Assembly: GCF_009914755.1 (NCBI RefSeq)
Contig: NC_060935.1
Source of the DNA: the human T2T-CHM13v2.0 reference genome, Homo sapiens
Length of the DNA: 64,000 nucleotides
Reading direction: 5' to 3' (one strand)
Both the position numbers and the translations under genes were made by a program. The notes below the pieces were generated by a model. It ran no database searches. It worked only from the letters and a program-made list of their open reading frames with translations, and was not told the DNA's origin. Position 1 is the stretch's first letter; each line of letters begins with the position of its first letter. This document shows, one piece after another, positions 62,292 to 64,000 of the stretch.

Positions 62292-64000
62292 TATGTGTAA
62301 ATTCAAAGAAATAAATGAGTATGGGATTCTGTCCTGCTATAGGCAGGTCTGTTGGGCAGAGCTAAGAGCCCAGGACATTGAAGAAGAAATAAAGAGCAGC
62401 ATGAACCACCTGTACAGAGTCTAGGGTACAGAAAGGCTGAATAAGGACCTACTGTAGGAATTCCAGAAAGTTTCCTTCTAGCAAGGATGGTCAGGCTCCC
62501 TTTACCCCCACTGCCCCCAGACCTGGCTCTGTTCGCAGGAAGAACTATAACTGGTGGGTTACATGTCTGTTTCCTTGAGACCAGGGCCTGGGTCACCATC
62601 CCCATCCCCCATCTGCAGTGCCCAGCAGAGGCCCACTCACTCTTTCATAATCAAGAGCTGCTTTGGGTGAGGGGGAGGGAAGGATGTCCTCATTCAGGCC
62701 CTCATCATCTTGAATCTGTCTTTACTGAAACAGAAACAGCCTCTTAACAGATCGGCCCTCAGCCTTTTCCCAATGCAGTCCATCCTTCACTCCTCTGCAA
62801 GTCAGCCTTAACTGGGTCATTCCCCTGCTCAAAAACTTCCCACGTCTCCCCACTGTGTACAGAGTAAGAGTTCAAAACTCCTCACCCTGGGCATGGCAGG
62901 CCTTGCACATTCCAGCTTCTCTCAGACAACCTTCCCTCTTTTCTGACACCCTGTACAAATCCCACCTCAGGAGCATCAACATATTCCGCAGGCCCAGCAG
63001 CCAGCCAGCATCTGCTTCCCGCCTTTGCTTAGCTTGCTCCTGGCTCTGTGGTCTTGTATGAGATGGGGGCTGAGGGCAGGTCTGTGCCTCGCTCATCTCT
63101 GATGTCCTCACATGGAGTGAAGGGAGATTCTGACAGGGTCATCCTGACCAAGTGAGGTGGGACAAGAGGAGGCAGGAGAAAAGCAGGCTAGAGCCTGGGG
63201 ACACACATGAAAAGCCCCCCCAGACACTATCCACACGAGAATGAATGTTCAGAAAAATTGTCTGAATCACACATACACCGTTAAGTTCAATTACTTTCTG
63301 TATTTTTGGGATGGGTGTTTAATTGCTATTAGAAAAACATGTATTTGAAAGAACTAAATAATCAATGCCTGGCAGCTCAATGGAATATGGTAGTGGCATC
63401 CCCTGGGGGATGGAAGAGTGGATTCCCAACATTGCTGCTCTGCAAATGCCCTGCCAAAAGGGGAAAGTCGCAGCCCGGCAGCCCTTCGCAGTAGCCAACA
63501 GGTGATTCCAGGGTCAGCAAGGGTCAGTTTCCATACCCGTACTCCTGTACTGCAGCAGAATGAAGCAAAGCACATCTGTTTCTGGAGGAATGAAGATGCC
63601 ACACACAGCCTGCAGTTATGAATGGCTCTTATAACAACAGGATGACATCTGTGCTTGGTTTTTAAGATGCATCATCGCATGTTTATTAAACTATTGCTCC
63701 AACATATTTATTTGGCTACAAAACAACTCCCAGCCCATACTTCCAAAAGTGGTTTATTAAAAACTAAGGCTTGAACATTAATACCCAAAAGCACCCTTGA
63801 GAATCAATAATAATGCTGCAGATAAAATGAAAGGGAATCAAAGCAGTAAGTCTTGGTGGGGTGGGCTGCTTTTCAACACTTTCTTGTATGTTCAGGAAGC
63901 TAAGGTGGGGAAGAACACCAAGGGCCTGTGGCACTGGGTGTGGAAATAGCCACCCCAACACCTGACTTCCTGTCTAACATGCAGACATGATGGCAAGGAA

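Overview
Human (primate) genomic DNA lying entirely inside CLPB (SKD3, the mitochondrial ankyrin/AAA+ disaggregase, 11q13.4), which is transcribed on the minus strand. Three coding exons with canonical AG/GT boundaries are visible: exon 3 (37439-37525, 87 nt), exon 4 (14753-14856, 104 nt) and cassette exon 5 (7368-7457, 90 nt); exon numbering is from my recall of the gene. The rest is intron, dense in Alu (~31 copies), L1, MIR/L2/CR1, three LTRs and several DNA-transposon relics. Nearly all ORFs in the supplied track are repeat-derived or spurious. Most notable: (1) a perfect 63-bp tandem duplication spanning the exon-3 splice acceptor creates two identical, in-frame competing 3' splice sites, and use of the upstream one would add 21 aa with no stop codon; (2) several repeat-free intronic blocks carry dense developmental TF motifs (three identical ACATCAAAGT TCF/LEF sites, a perfect PHOX2-type TAATCTAATTA site), suggesting these introns hold enhancers for neighbouring PHOX2A; (3) a THE1 solo LTR in CLPB-sense orientation has an intact DUX4 site, splice donor and poly(A) signal; (4) four short inverted-duplication scars sit inside old repeats. 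Repeat subfamily calls and boundaries are by eye and approximate.
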